Source: Bacillota bacterium
Lineage (GTDB): Bacteria; Bacillota_I; Bacilli_A; RF39; UBA660
Assembly (NCBI GenBank): GCA_015059425.1
Contig: SVAM01000009.1
Span: 3,543-67,542 of the forward strand
DNA: 64,000 nt
Direction of reading: 5' to 3'
Part shown: positions 10,617 through 20,247 of the stretch, piece by piece
Position numbering within the stretch: the stretch's first letter is position 1
How the letters are laid out: each line of letters begins with the position of its first letter
Made by a program: the position numbers and the translations under genes
Notes under the pieces: generated by a model
What the model saw: only the letters and a program-made list of their open reading frames with translations
What the model was told of the DNA's origin: nothing
Database searches by the model: none

Positions 10617-12371
10617 ATGAAGAGAAGTATTATAAAATCATTATTCTTTATATTTGTCTTTTTTTGTCTAACTATGCATGTTTCTGCCAGTTCAAAATAC
10701 GTTGTATTACAAGATGCGGTAAATATAAGAAGTGGCCCTGGGACATCTTATCAAGTACATACTGTTGCTAAAATCGGCAGTAAATATTACTTAAAGAATG
10801 AAAATTTAAATAATATTGGAGATACTGACTGTACGCTTGGCTGGTATGAAATAAACTTTAATGGTTCTAGTGCTTATGTATGTAGTGAATACGTTAAAGT
10901 AAATGATTATAATGTTATAGATAACGTAGAACCTCAAAATGCTTGTGAAATAGAATTAAAAAGCAAAGGATTTACAAGTTCCTATTTTGTGCCTTTATGC
11001 AAATTAAAAGAGAAATATCCTGAATGGAATTTTGTTCCTATAATGACAGGATTAGATTTTAATGTCGTAGTAACACAAGAAAGTAAATGTGGAAAAAGTT
11101 ATGTTGAAACAAATGATCCAAATTATATAGACTCTAGTTGCAAAAGTGTGTATTCTCCAACGAGTATTTGGAAACCAGCCTCTACTGGTGCAGTTAAATA
11201 CTATATAGATCCAAGAAATTTCTTAGATGAAAAATCAATATTTATGTTTGAAACATTATCATATGTAAATGAATTAGAGAGTGTCTATAGTACAGCCATA
11301 GAAGCAGTATTAAAAAAGGCAGCTTTCTATTCTTATCATGCCAATATAGGAAATAATTTAGGTGATATAATTAATAGTGTTGGAAAAAGTTTAAATGTAA
11401 GCCCAATATTTACAGCATCAAGAATTTATCAAGAAATAGGAGCTAGTACCAATTCTTATGATTTATATAGTGGAGTATATCCAGGATATGAAGGATATTA
11501 TAATTTCTATAATTACGGTGTAAGTGATTCTTGTGCACAAGTAAGTGTAGCAGTATGTGGATTAGAATACGCTAAATCAAAAAACTGGTATGGCTTAGAA
11601 GCAGCAATAAATGCCGGAGTAAAAAGTATAAGTGAAGGTTATATAAATGTTGGTCAAAATACCAGATACTTACAAAAGTTTAATATAGCACCATTCGATA
11701 TAAATAAACTTTATACCCATCAATATATGACTAATATAAGGGCGCCTTATGGCGAAGCATCTACTGCATATAATTCCTATAGCAAAAGTGAATCGTTAAA
11801 TAATAATTTTACATTCTCAATTCCAGTATTTGAAAATATGCCAGCATTTACTGAATTACCAAATGACAATGAAGATAACAATAGTAGTGGAGCAGTAGAT
11901 AATGAACAAAATAAGGAACCAAACGTTGTGGATATAGCGCCTAAAACTGTTATAACTACCGCTGGTTACAAACACTCTAATAATAAAATTTTAGGAATTA
12001 AACCAGAAACTAATGCGGAAGCAATAAAAAGTAGTTTAGAAAGTGTAAGTGGTAATAGTTCGGTAATAATTAAAAATTCTAAAGATGAAGAAGTATCAAA
12101 TGATACAAAAATAGGTACGGGTTATAAAATAACAATAAAAGGAAGTACTGAAGAAACATTTGAAGTAGTAATATATGGTGATGTTTCTGGTGATGGTAAC
12201 ATTGGCCCTTTAGATTTATTATTAGTTCGAAGAGAATTATTAAAAACTGAAAATTTAAGTGGTTCATATGAGTTAGCTGCGGATCCAAATAAAGATAATA
12301 ATATAACCGCATTGGACTTATTATTAGTTCAAAGGCATATATTAAAAGCAGAAAGTATTGAACAGGGATAA
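10617..12371 (+). CDS. secreted SH3b-domain peptidoglycan hydrolase-like protein with C-terminal type-I dockerin
   Basis: Signal peptide, SH3b-like (YVVLQDAVNIRSGPGTSYQ), a glucosaminidase-like region (FTASRIYQEIGAST), and duplicated dockerin Ca-binding segments (GDVSGDGNIGPLDLLLVRRELL / ADPNKDNNITALDLLLVQRHIL). Confidence 0.65.
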   Translation: MKRSIIKSLFFIFVFFCLTMHVSASSKYVVLQDAVNIRSGPGTSYQVHTVAKIGSKYYLKNENLNNIGDTDCTLGWYEINFNGSSAYVCSEYVKVNDYNVIDNVEPQNACEIELKSKGFTSSYFVPLCKLKEKYPEWNFVPIMTGLDFNVVVTQESKCGKSYVETNDPNYIDSSCKSVYSPTSIWKPASTGAVKYYIDPRNFLDEKSIFMFETLSYVNELESVYSTAIEAVLKKAAFYSYHANIGNNLGDIINSVGKSLNVSPIFTASRIYQEIGASTNSYDLYSGVYPGYEGYYNFYNYGVSDSCAQVSVAVCGLEYAKSKNWYGLEAAINAGVKSISEGYINVGQNTRYLQKFNIAPFDINKLYTHQYMTNIRAPYGEASTAYNSYSKSESLNNNFTFSIPVFENMPAFTELPNDNEDNNSSGAVDNEQNKEPNVVDIAPKTVITTAGYKHSNNKILGIKPETNAEAIKSSLESVSGNSSVIIKNSKDEEVSNDTKIGTGYKITIKGSTEETFEVVIYGDVSGDGNIGPLDLLLVRRELLKTENLSGSYELAADPNKDNNITALDLLLVQRHILKAESIEQG

Positions 12372-12382
12372 AAGGAGGAAAA

Positions 12383-13960
12383 ATGAAAAAGATATTTTTA
12401 ATAATAACAATTATACTAAGTTTAATAATATCTCCAAGTATTGTAAATGCTAGTAGTGGAAGTATTAAAATAAGTTCATCATCATCAAGGGTAATTGTTG
12501 GTAATACAGTTACAGTTACAGTTACATTATCTAGTAATAGTGCTTTAGGAGCATGGGAATTTGATGTTAATTATGATTCAAGCTATTTAAAGTTAACCTC
12601 ATCTAATGCTGAAAATAACGGAACATACTTTGTTAATGCTGGTGATGGTTCATCTAAAACTAAAACCTATACTTTAAAATTTAGAGCTTTAAAAAGTGGT
12701 GTAACAAATATTACTGTAGGAAGTTATGATGTATATGCCTTTGATAAAAGTAGTATGAGTATATCAAAAAGTAATAGTAAAATTACATTAATGACTCAAG
12801 CTGAATTAGAAGCTACATATAGTAAAGATAATAACTTAAAAAAATTAGTAGTAGAAGGTTATGAATTAGATAAAGAGTTTAGTAAAGATACATTAGAATA
12901 TACAGTAAATGTTCCAACAGGAACTACTAGTGTTAAAGTTATTGCTACAGAGCAGGACTCTAAAGCAAGTGTATCAGGCGATGGAATTATTGAAGTTACA
13001 GAAGGATTAAATACTATCCCTATAACAGTAACAGCTCAAAATGGTTCTGAAAAAACATATACTTTAACAGTTAATGTTGAAGATTTAAACCCAATTGAAG
13101 TAAAAGTAGGTAATGAAACTTATACAATTATAAAAAACAAAGCTTTATTAACCGCGCCAGCAACATTTACTGAAAGTACAGTAAAAATTAGTGAATTTGA
13201 TATTCCAACATTTGTTAATAAAAGTGCAAATCTTACTTTAGTAGGGTTAAAAGATAAACTAGGTAATATTAAATTATTTGTATATGAAAATAATGAATAC
13301 AAAGCATATAATGAATTAAGTTTAAAAAATTTATTATTAATTCCAGTTAAATTTGATACTGAATTAGATTTAATAAAAACAACCGTTACTATTAATAATG
13401 AGAGTATTGATGCTTATAAATACAGTGAAAATACAGAGTTTGTAATTATAAATGCCAAAAGCCTAGAAGATGGTAAAACTAACCTTTATTTATATGATAC
13501 TGTTAATAAAACAGCATCTAGATATGATGATACACTAGTTAATGAAAAAATAGAATTAACAAAAACATTTACTTTTGCACTTATTGGTGTTGCAGGTATC
13601 ATATTAGTAATGTTTATTATAATTCTTTGTTTAATGCATAGTTTAAGAAAGAAAAAGAAAAAAATAAAGAAATTTATTGAAAAACAAGAAGCTAAGATGG
13701 AAGCTACAAGAAAATTAAATGATGTAGTAGAAGAAGTTAAAAAAATAACTGAAAGTGAAAAACCAAAAATTAAACAAGATACTACAGAATTAAAAGAAAA
13801 AGAAACAAAAGAAGAAGTTAAACTCGTTAAAAAAGAAAAGAAAAAACAAGAAAAACTAGAAGTAACAAAAATAAAAATTGAAGAAAATAAAGAAGAAGAT
13901 ACGGAAGAAGTATATGACTTGTTTGGTGATGATAAAAAGAAAAAGAGGAAGAAAAAATAG
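12383..13960 (+). CDS. cohesin-domain surface protein with cadherin-like domain, C-terminal TM anchor and Lys/Glu-rich tail
   Basis: Signal peptide, cohesin-like beta-sandwich (SSGSIKISSSSSRVIVGNTVTVTVTLSSNSALGAWEFDVNYDSSYLKLTS), cadherin-like beta-sandwich (YTVNVPTGTTSVKVIATEQDSKASVSGDG), a TM helix at about aa 398-420, then a KKEKKKQEK-rich tail. Confidence 0.65.
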   Translation: MKKIFLIITIILSLIISPSIVNASSGSIKISSSSSRVIVGNTVTVTVTLSSNSALGAWEFDVNYDSSYLKLTSSNAENNGTYFVNAGDGSSKTKTYTLKFRALKSGVTNITVGSYDVYAFDKSSMSISKSNSKITLMTQAELEATYSKDNNLKKLVVEGYELDKEFSKDTLEYTVNVPTGTTSVKVIATEQDSKASVSGDGIIEVTEGLNTIPITVTAQNGSEKTYTLTVNVEDLNPIEVKVGNETYTIIKNKALLTAPATFTESTVKISEFDIPTFVNKSANLTLVGLKDKLGNIKLFVYENNEYKAYNELSLKNLLLIPVKFDTELDLIKTTVTINNESIDAYKYSENTEFVIINAKSLEDGKTNLYLYDTVNKTASRYDDTLVNEKIELTKTFTFALIGVAGIILVMFIIILCLMHSLRKKKKKIKKFIEKQEAKMEATRKLNDVVEEVKKITESEKPKIKQDTTELKEKETKEEVKLVKKEKKKQEKLEVTKIKIEENKEEDTEEVYDLFGDDKKKKRKKK

Positions 13961-14007
13961 TTTTCTTTCTTTTTATTTGTTATAATATTTTTAAGGAGTA
14001 AGGTATT

Positions 14008-15993
14008 ATGGAATTAAGTGATATAAAAGGAGTAGGACCCAAACTATTAAAAAGTTTAAATAACTTAAATATAAATACAATAGATGATTTATTATCATAT
14101 TATCCATATAGATATGAAATATTTGAACCATTAAATTTAACAGACGATTATAATGGTGAGCGAATTGCTATTAACGCAACAATTGAATCTTTACCAACAG
14201 TAGCATTCATCAAAAAGAACTTTAATAGATTACAATTTAGAGCTATTCATAACAATAAGATAATGCAAGTAGTAATATTTAATAGAGCATTTATGAAGCA
14301 ACATCTAACTATTAATAAAACTATAACTTTAGTAGGTAAATATGATAGTAAAAAAAATACATTTACATGTGATGATATAAAGTTAACTCCTATAACTAAA
14401 AAAGAAATAATTCCTATATATCACATTAATAAAAATATAAAGAATAATGAACTAAGAAAAATATATGAAAGTTTATTTTCTAACAAACTTGAAGTAAGTA
14501 AATATATACCAGATGAATATTTAGAAAAGTATAAGTTTTTAGATAAATTAGAAGCTTTAAAAAAGATACATATGCCAACTAATTATAATGATATAAAAAG
14601 TGCTAGTCTTTATTTAAAGTATGAAGAGTTATTCTTATTTTTATTTAAAATAGCATATATGAAAAAAGGGAATGATAATATATATAAAACACCAAAAGAG
14701 TTTAATGATAATGATATAAACGAATTTATTAGTACACTACCATTTACTTTAACAGATAGTCAAAGTGATGCCTTAAATTTAATATTAGAAGATTTAAAAA
14801 GTAATAAAAAAATGAATAGATTAGTTTTAGGAGATGTTGGTAGTGGTAAAACAATAGTAAGTTTTATTTCTATGTATGCATCATTCTTATCAGGCTACCA
14901 AAGTGTTTTAATGGCCCCTACAGAGGTTTTAGCGCGTCAACACTATGAAAGTGCTTTAAATTACTTTAAAGGCTTTAAAATGAATATTGGACTACTTGTA
15001 GGTAGTATGACTAAAAAAGAAAAAGACATAGTAAAAGAAAAACTTAAAAATAAAGAAATAGATATACTTATAGGAACACATGCGATTATTGAAGAAAGTG
15101 TAGTATTTAATAAATTAGGATTAGTTATAACAGATGAACAACATAGATTTGGTGTTAAACAAAGAGAAATATTAAAAAGTAAAGGTGAGATTCCAGATGC
15201 ATTATATATGAGTGCTACACCTATACCTAGAAGTTATGCTTTAACTTTATATGGTGATTTAGATGTATCTTTTATTACGCATAAACCAGGTGGTAGAAAA
15301 GAAATAGCAACCAAGATAAAAAAATATACAGCGTTAAAAGATGTTTTAACTCATGTATTAGAAGAAATAAAAAATAATCATCAAGTATATGTAGTAGCAA
15401 GTCTAATAGATGATAACGAAGAATTAGATTTAAAAAGTGTTGAAACATTAAAAGAAAAGTTTAATATAGCATTTAATAATAAAATACCTATTGAAATATT
15501 ACACGGTAAATTAAAACAAAAAGAAAAAGATGAAGTAATGACTAGATTTAAAAACAATGAGACTAAAATACTTATATCAACAACGGTAATAGAAGTGGGA
15601 GTAGATGTTAAGAATGCTACTATAATGGTTATATTTGATGCAGATAGATTTGGTTTAGCAACACTTCATCAGTTGCGTGGTAGAGTAGGAAGAAATTCAC
15701 TTGAAAGTTATTGTTATTTAATATGTGATGAAGAAAAAGAACGTTTAAAAGTATTAGAAGAAAGTAACGATGGTTTTTATATTTCTGAAAAAGATTTAGA
15801 ATTAAGAGGCGAAGGAGATCTATTTGGTATAAGACAAAGTGGGGTTAAAACATTTAAAATAGCAAACTTAAAAACAGATCTAAAAATCATGATGCAAGCT
15901 AAAAAAGATACAGAAGAATATATAAATCAAGAAAATTATAAAAATAACAAATATTACACAAAAATAATAAATGAATTAGATAGTTTAAATTAA
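14008..15993 (+). CDS. recG: ATP-dependent DNA helicase RecG
   Basis: 661 aa. Wedge domain, Walker A GDVGSGKT, DEQH box and helicase C motifs (QLRGRVGR). Confidence 0.93.
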   Translation: MELSDIKGVGPKLLKSLNNLNINTIDDLLSYYPYRYEIFEPLNLTDDYNGERIAINATIESLPTVAFIKKNFNRLQFRAIHNNKIMQVVIFNRAFMKQHLTINKTITLVGKYDSKKNTFTCDDIKLTPITKKEIIPIYHINKNIKNNELRKIYESLFSNKLEVSKYIPDEYLEKYKFLDKLEALKKIHMPTNYNDIKSASLYLKYEELFLFLFKIAYMKKGNDNIYKTPKEFNDNDINEFISTLPFTLTDSQSDALNLILEDLKSNKKMNRLVLGDVGSGKTIVSFISMYASFLSGYQSVLMAPTEVLARQHYESALNYFKGFKMNIGLLVGSMTKKEKDIVKEKLKNKEIDILIGTHAIIEESVVFNKLGLVITDEQHRFGVKQREILKSKGEIPDALYMSATPIPRSYALTLYGDLDVSFITHKPGGRKEIATKIKKYTALKDVLTHVLEEIKNNHQVYVVASLIDDNEELDLKSVETLKEKFNIAFNNKIPIEILHGKLKQKEKDEVMTRFKNNETKILISTTVIEVGVDVKNATIMVIFDADRFGLATLHQLRGRVGRNSLESYCYLICDEEKERLKVLEESNDGFYISEKDLELRGEGDLFGIRQSGVKTFKIANLKTDLKIMMQAKKDTEEYINQENYKNNKYYTKIINELDSLN

Positions 15994-16018
15994 TTTTTGT
16001 AAAATTGCAATAAACCAA

Positions 16019-16047
16019 TTGACAAACATCTAAAAACATAATATGAT
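16019..16047 (+). promoter_or_regulatory. sigma-A-like promoter followed by a 20-bp palindrome (16054-16073)
   Basis: TTGACA - 17 nt - TATGAT, followed by the palindrome gacatgataaacatcatgtc. Confidence 0.45.
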
Positions 16048-16068
16048 TATTATGACATGATAAACATC

Positions 16069-16158
16069 ATGTCCGAATCACTTTTACGACTTTATGTGAA
16101 AGTGAGTCAACCAAAACCCCCTGAAGAGAGCCCTAGTGGCTCTCATTTTTTTGTGTAA
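16069..16158 (+). CDS. small ORF (29 aa) ending in the repeat-X hairpin; doubtful
   Basis: MSESLLRLYVKVSQPKPPEESPSGSHFFV. The C-terminal PPEES is encoded by the 15-mer ccccctgaagagagc that recurs at 29091. Confidence 0.2.
   Translation: MSESLLRLYVKVSQPKPPEESPSGSHFFV
16126..16152 (+). terminator. intrinsic terminator (repeat X, copy A)
   Basis: gagagcc-ctagtg-gctctc followed by atttttttg. Confidence 0.6.
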
Positions 16159-16484
16159 AGCCAGTATTTATAAGGGGTTGTGAAAGAATTATTGTTTAAA
16201 TTTAAAAGTATCAGGAACCATTTAGGAACCATTCGTATATAAAATAGCCAAAAAGTGGTTTTTTTCAATGCTTTTAATTCCTTTAACTATAATAGCTTAA
16301 TATGTTTAAAAGAACACATTGAAGAGAACAATAAAACCATAAAAATTTTGAGTTAATAAAATCTTAATATAAAGACAAAAAACTAAAAATTTGATATAAT
16401 TTAATTAGTAAAAAGGAAGCGCTAGTACAGGCTTATTTTATAGTTTTTGTATTGGTGTTTTTTTGTGCAAAGGAAGTGATAAAT

Positions 16485-17546
16485 GTGAAAAAAGTAAAGT
16501 TAAAATATGAGTTTTTAGTTACTGGTATATATCCATTTGATGGGGATTATCAAAAAGGTGAATATGTTTTAAAAAAGAATACTATTGATGAAAAGAAATT
16601 TGAAACACATATTAAAGGTGATATTTTATATATAAACCCAATTATTGGATATTGTAGTTATCCATTTAATGGACAAAATGTATATTTGACATTTGAAAAA
16701 GAAGTGGTTACAGAAATTGATATCTCTGATTATAATGAAACAGAAAAAATCAGTGAATTCATAAATAAAATTGACTTGTTAAAAGAGAGTAAAAATTTAG
16801 AGCAAATGTTAGTCTTAGAAATAAATAATAGTATTATTTTTCCAATAAAAATGTTAAAAGTTTATGATTTGGATAATAATTATTTAACAATGAATATCAA
16901 TTTTTCTAAACTAAATGTTCCATCTTTAATTAATTTTGAACAAACTTATAGTATGGAAAAAATAGAACGTCAGAATAATCGAATAACATTTGGATTTAAT
17001 TATGACTTATTAACAGAATTAAAAGAAAAAAATAATTTGTTTGCTAGAGCTTTATCATTATATTATTCTTCTTTCATAGCTAATGATTATAATATCGGAT
17101 TCATATTACTTATTACCGCTTTGGAAACGTTGTTTAATCGAGCTACGTATTCAAAAGTAGAAAAATGTAAAAGTTGTTCACAATTAATTTACGAAATTGC
17201 ATCTTCAGTTTCAAATAATGTTAGTTTAATATTGATGGATGAGTCAGAAACGATTAAGAAAGTTATTAAAGAAAAATATAAAAAAAGAAGTAAATATCTA
17301 CATGGTGAGAAAGTGGAAATCACGTCAAAAGAAGACCAAGAGTTACAAGAGTATGTTAGAAAAGTTTTGTTAATGTACTGGTATATATTCATCAATATAA
17401 AAACAAACGAACATAAAAGCATAATTGCTGAGTTTCAAAAACAAGATTATAAAACTAAATTAACTTATATAAGCTTTTTAAAAGTTTTAGAACTTAAAAC
17501 ATTTGATGAAAAAAAAGATGATATATTACAAGCTTTTATAAAATAA
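16485..17546 (+). CDS. hypothetical protein with HEPN-like Rx4HG motif (Abi-like candidate)
   Basis: GTG start 8 nt after aaggaag. Helical C-terminal half containing KKRSKYLHGEKV (R-x4-H-G). First gene after repeat Z_A. Confidence 0.4.
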   Translation: MKKVKLKYEFLVTGIYPFDGDYQKGEYVLKKNTIDEKKFETHIKGDILYINPIIGYCSYPFNGQNVYLTFEKEVVTEIDISDYNETEKISEFINKIDLLKESKNLEQMLVLEINNSIIFPIKMLKVYDLDNNYLTMNINFSKLNVPSLINFEQTYSMEKIERQNNRITFGFNYDLLTELKEKNNLFARALSLYYSSFIANDYNIGFILLITALETLFNRATYSKVEKCKSCSQLIYEIASSVSNNVSLILMDESETIKKVIKEKYKKRSKYLHGEKVEITSKEDQELQEYVRKVLLMYWYIFINIKTNEHKSIIAEFQKQDYKTKLTYISFLKVLELKTFDEKKDDILQAFIK

Positions 17547-17575
17547 TTACAAAAGAGTAAGGAAGAATAAAAATT

Positions 17576-17950
17576 ATGGAAGTAATATTAGAAAAAATAT
17601 ATAATGATTTATTTGACATAAAAAAAGATAAACATATAGAAAAATTATTAGAACGAGATATTATAAAAATAATATATTTGTTATCTAAATATAAAGACAA
17701 AAAATAGACTTAAAAAAAATTATTGAACATTATAATAAAGAAAGAATTGAAAAATTACTTGGTTTTTCTAATACAACTATTCAAGATAGTTTTATTTGTG
17801 AAAAAGAGACCATGCATTTTACTTATCCAATACAAGAGACATTAAATAGAACAGAAGTGCTTTTCAAAATTACTGGAGAAAAAATGTGGAAAGATATATT
17901 TGGTTTTGATTACGAAATATTATATAGTTAAATTATTGTTATCGTACGCA
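17576..17950 (+). pseudogene. degraded gene fragments (multiple frames)
   Basis: Short ORFs in shifting frames (MEVILEKIYNDLFDIKKDKH...), consistent with a decayed gene. Confidence 0.3.
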
Positions 17951-17955
17951 GGCTA

Positions 17956-18255
17956 ATGTATTATAATGCGTATAAAAGCAATGTAGATGAAGAATTTTGT
18001 AGTAATTATGAAAACGTTTGGGAAAAGTCTTTGAATTGCTTTTTTACAAAAGAAGAATTTTATTCTTTTTTTAGAAATCCGGATGAACAATTAGATAATA
18101 TTTTAAAATTAATTTCAATTGATTTTTATGAACAAAACGAAATTAAATTAGCAATAGATCAAGCAGTTTATAACAATAAATTATTTTTAGCTTATGCTAT
18201 AGGTATTTTACAAAATAGAAATGAATGGGGAACAGAAGAATATGAGTATGTATAA
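17956..18255 (+). CDS. phage-related small protein / fragment
   Basis: 99 aa. C-terminal ...LAYAIGILQNRNEWG resembles DnaD/replisome-organiser-type helices. Uncertain. Confidence 0.3.
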   Translation: MYYNAYKSNVDEEFCSNYENVWEKSLNCFFTKEEFYSFFRNPDEQLDNILKLISIDFYEQNEIKLAIDQAVYNNKLFLAYAIGILQNRNEWGTEEYEYV

Positions 18256-18295
18256 AAACTTGTTCTATTTGTAATAGGATTCATGATATAAATAT

Positions 18296-18617
18296 TAATT
18301 GTAAAAGACCATATAGGTATAAAAAAAGATGTAGCTCTGATAGATTTAGAAGCACGTATGAAGGGAAACAAAAAAGAGAAGAGATTAAGAAAAGAGATAG
18401 ATACTTGTGTTTAGCTTGTTTAAATAATATTAACAATACAAATCATATGTAAAACTATAAAAACTTACAAGTACATCATATAATTTCTATAGAAGAAGAT
18501 TATGATAAAAGACTTAATAGTACCAATTTAATAACTTTGTGTCCGTGTCATCATAAGATGGCTGAACAAAAAGAAATTAGTTTAGAAGTACTATTAAAAT
18601 TAGTACCAAAAGAATAA
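18296..18617 (+). pseudogene. HNH endonuclease pseudogene (phage-type), interrupted by in-frame stops
   Basis: Translation gives ...RYLCLACLNNINNTNHM*NYKNLQVHHIISIEEDYDKRLNSTNLITLCPCHHKMAEQKEI... The HNH Cys/His pattern is broken by stop codons. Confidence 0.6.
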
Positions 18618-18813
18618 CCCCCCCGGAGGGTAGAAGTGTGAAAATAAAATCTTTTTCTCAACCCACAGCCTACCTACATTCACACAATTATAAATTTTCC
18701 GTGAGTTTTTTGGAAAATGGTATACCAATTGGATACTTAGATAAGAATAGTATAGATTAGTAAAGTATAGTATAGAATATATATATTTCATGTTGATGAA
18801 AAAAAGAATAAGT

Positions 18814-19143
18814 TTAACACTCATACTCAATTCTTTTAATTTCTAAAGGATTTTCATTAGTAATAAGTAATGCATATTTAACACGTAATAACTTATAGAA
18901 TTCTGCTTTTACCTTTTCAGAATCTTCTCCGAAATAATTAATTACATCTTTAGCAGAATTATAATGTTGTAGAAAAGAACCTTTATACATAGAATGCGTA
19001 TAATAGGAATTAGCTATATAATAGGCAATAACTTCAGGTATTATATAATTTTCTAAATATTCGTTATAATTATCTGCAAAAGGTTTAAGTAGTTTTTCAA
19101 ATTCCTCGTTACTAATATCGCCATTAATATTTTCTCTAATCAT
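18814..19143 (-). CDS. hypothetical protein
   Basis: ORF with ggaggtg RBS; no recognisable motifs. Divergent from the 19379 operon. Confidence 0.45.
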   Translation of the reverse strand: MIRENINGDISNEEFEKLLKPFADNYNEYLENYIIPEVIAYYIANSYYTHSMYKGSFLQHYNSAKDVINYFGEDSEKVKAEFYKLLRVKYALLITNENPLEIKRIEYEC

Positions 19144-19326
19144 ATACACCTCCAGTTGATTGTATTAATCACTTAATTATTCTATTATTGCAAGATTTAA
19201 TTTGGAAATTAAAAAAATTTATAATAAAAGTGATATAAAACTATGAAATATATAATAAAAATTTATTTTTTAAACAGCAATTTATACAAAATGAAGTACT
19301 ACATTTTAAAAATATAGTACAAATAT

Positions 19327-19355
19327 TTGACAAATATGTTGAAAAGATGTAATAT
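19327..19355 (+). promoter_or_regulatory. near-consensus sigma-A promoter of the 4-gene operon
   Basis: TTGACA (19327-19332) - 17 nt - TAATAT (19350-19355). RBS aaagaggg precedes the ATG at 19379. Confidence 0.6.
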
Positions 19356-19378
19356 AGTCGTAGAAAGAGGGCGTTATT

Positions 19379-19597
19379 ATGAATGAAAAAGAAGAAAGGT
19401 TTATAAGGATTGCTGAAAAAAGGACAAATAAAATATTGGAACAGATAAGATTGTTAAGTAATTGTTCAAATAAAAATAATTATTCTTATGATGATCAACA
19501 AGTTGATAAAATTTTTAAAGCTATTGAGAAAGAGTTAGATTTGGCTAAAAAGAAATATATAATGAATAAAGATAAAAATAAATTTAGTTTGAGGTAA
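19379..19597 (+). CDS. small hypothetical protein (72 aa), gene 1 of candidate system
   Basis: Helical, charged. Its stop lies 4 nt before the next start. Confidence 0.5.
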   Translation: MNEKEERFIRIAEKRTNKILEQIRLLSNCSNKNNYSYDDQQVDKIFKAIEKELDLAKKKYIMNKDKNKFSLR

Positions 19598-19601
19598 TGA
19601 T

Positions 19602-20234
19602 ATGAGTGAAATTGATAAATTAAGAAAAATAAAAGAAATAGATTATGACAGATATGTTGATATAAGTAGTTTAGAAAAAATGGCTGCTTATGCTATCAAA
19701 TATTTAGAAGACAATCAAGTGAACACAACTTGGACGAATGTAGTTATAGCTACATATAGTTTGTTTCCAAGAAGATTTGCAATTAGTGAAGATTTTTTAG
19801 ATTTTCCAAATGCTGAAAGAATTAGTAGAACTTTAATGCATCTGGTTCCACCAAAAGGGAGAAACTATGCGATAGGTAGTAGCAAAATTGATTATGCTTT
19901 AACACCACTTGGAAGGGAAGTTGCTAATGAAGTTGAAATTATTATTAATAGAGAGGCTACAATAAAAAACAGAAAACAAGAAGTTATTTCTTCAATTAAA
20001 ACTACACCAATGACAACTTACACTGATGTTAAGAATTCATCAGAATTTAAACAATATTGTGGTAATAATGAATACTCTGTAGATATGATATGGACTTTAT
20101 ACAAAGTAATACCATTTACACAACAAGATAAAATATTAAAAAAATTAGTTAGTGCTTTAAGATTTTCACAGGAATGTGGAGATGTTAAATGTGAAGAATT
20201 TATTAGTAAAATGATAAATTCAATTCAAAAGTAG
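19602..20234 (+). CDS. hypothetical protein (210 aa), gene 2 of candidate system
   Basis: RBS gaggt; no recognisable motifs. Confidence 0.55.
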   Translation: MSEIDKLRKIKEIDYDRYVDISSLEKMAAYAIKYLEDNQVNTTWTNVVIATYSLFPRRFAISEDFLDFPNAERISRTLMHLVPPKGRNYAIGSSKIDYALTPLGREVANEVEIIINREATIKNRKQEVISSIKTTPMTTYTDVKNSSEFKQYCGNNEYSVDMIWTLYKVIPFTQQDKILKKLVSALRFSQECGDVKCEEFISKMINSIQK

Positions 20235-20247
20235 GGAAGTGATTTAT

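Noticed and set aside
13600-13960. Lys/Glu-rich tail (KKEKKKQEK...) of the cohesin protein, considered as a possible separate repeat protein or low-complexity artefact.
   Set aside because: It is contiguous in frame after a clear TM helix, which is consistent with a charged cytoplasmic stop-transfer tail. There is no independent start.
18600-18830. 76-aa minus-strand ORF overlapping the end of the HNH pseudogene.
   Set aside because: It overlaps a region better explained as a decayed plus-strand HNH endonuclease. No RBS and a hydrophobic junk-like sequence.
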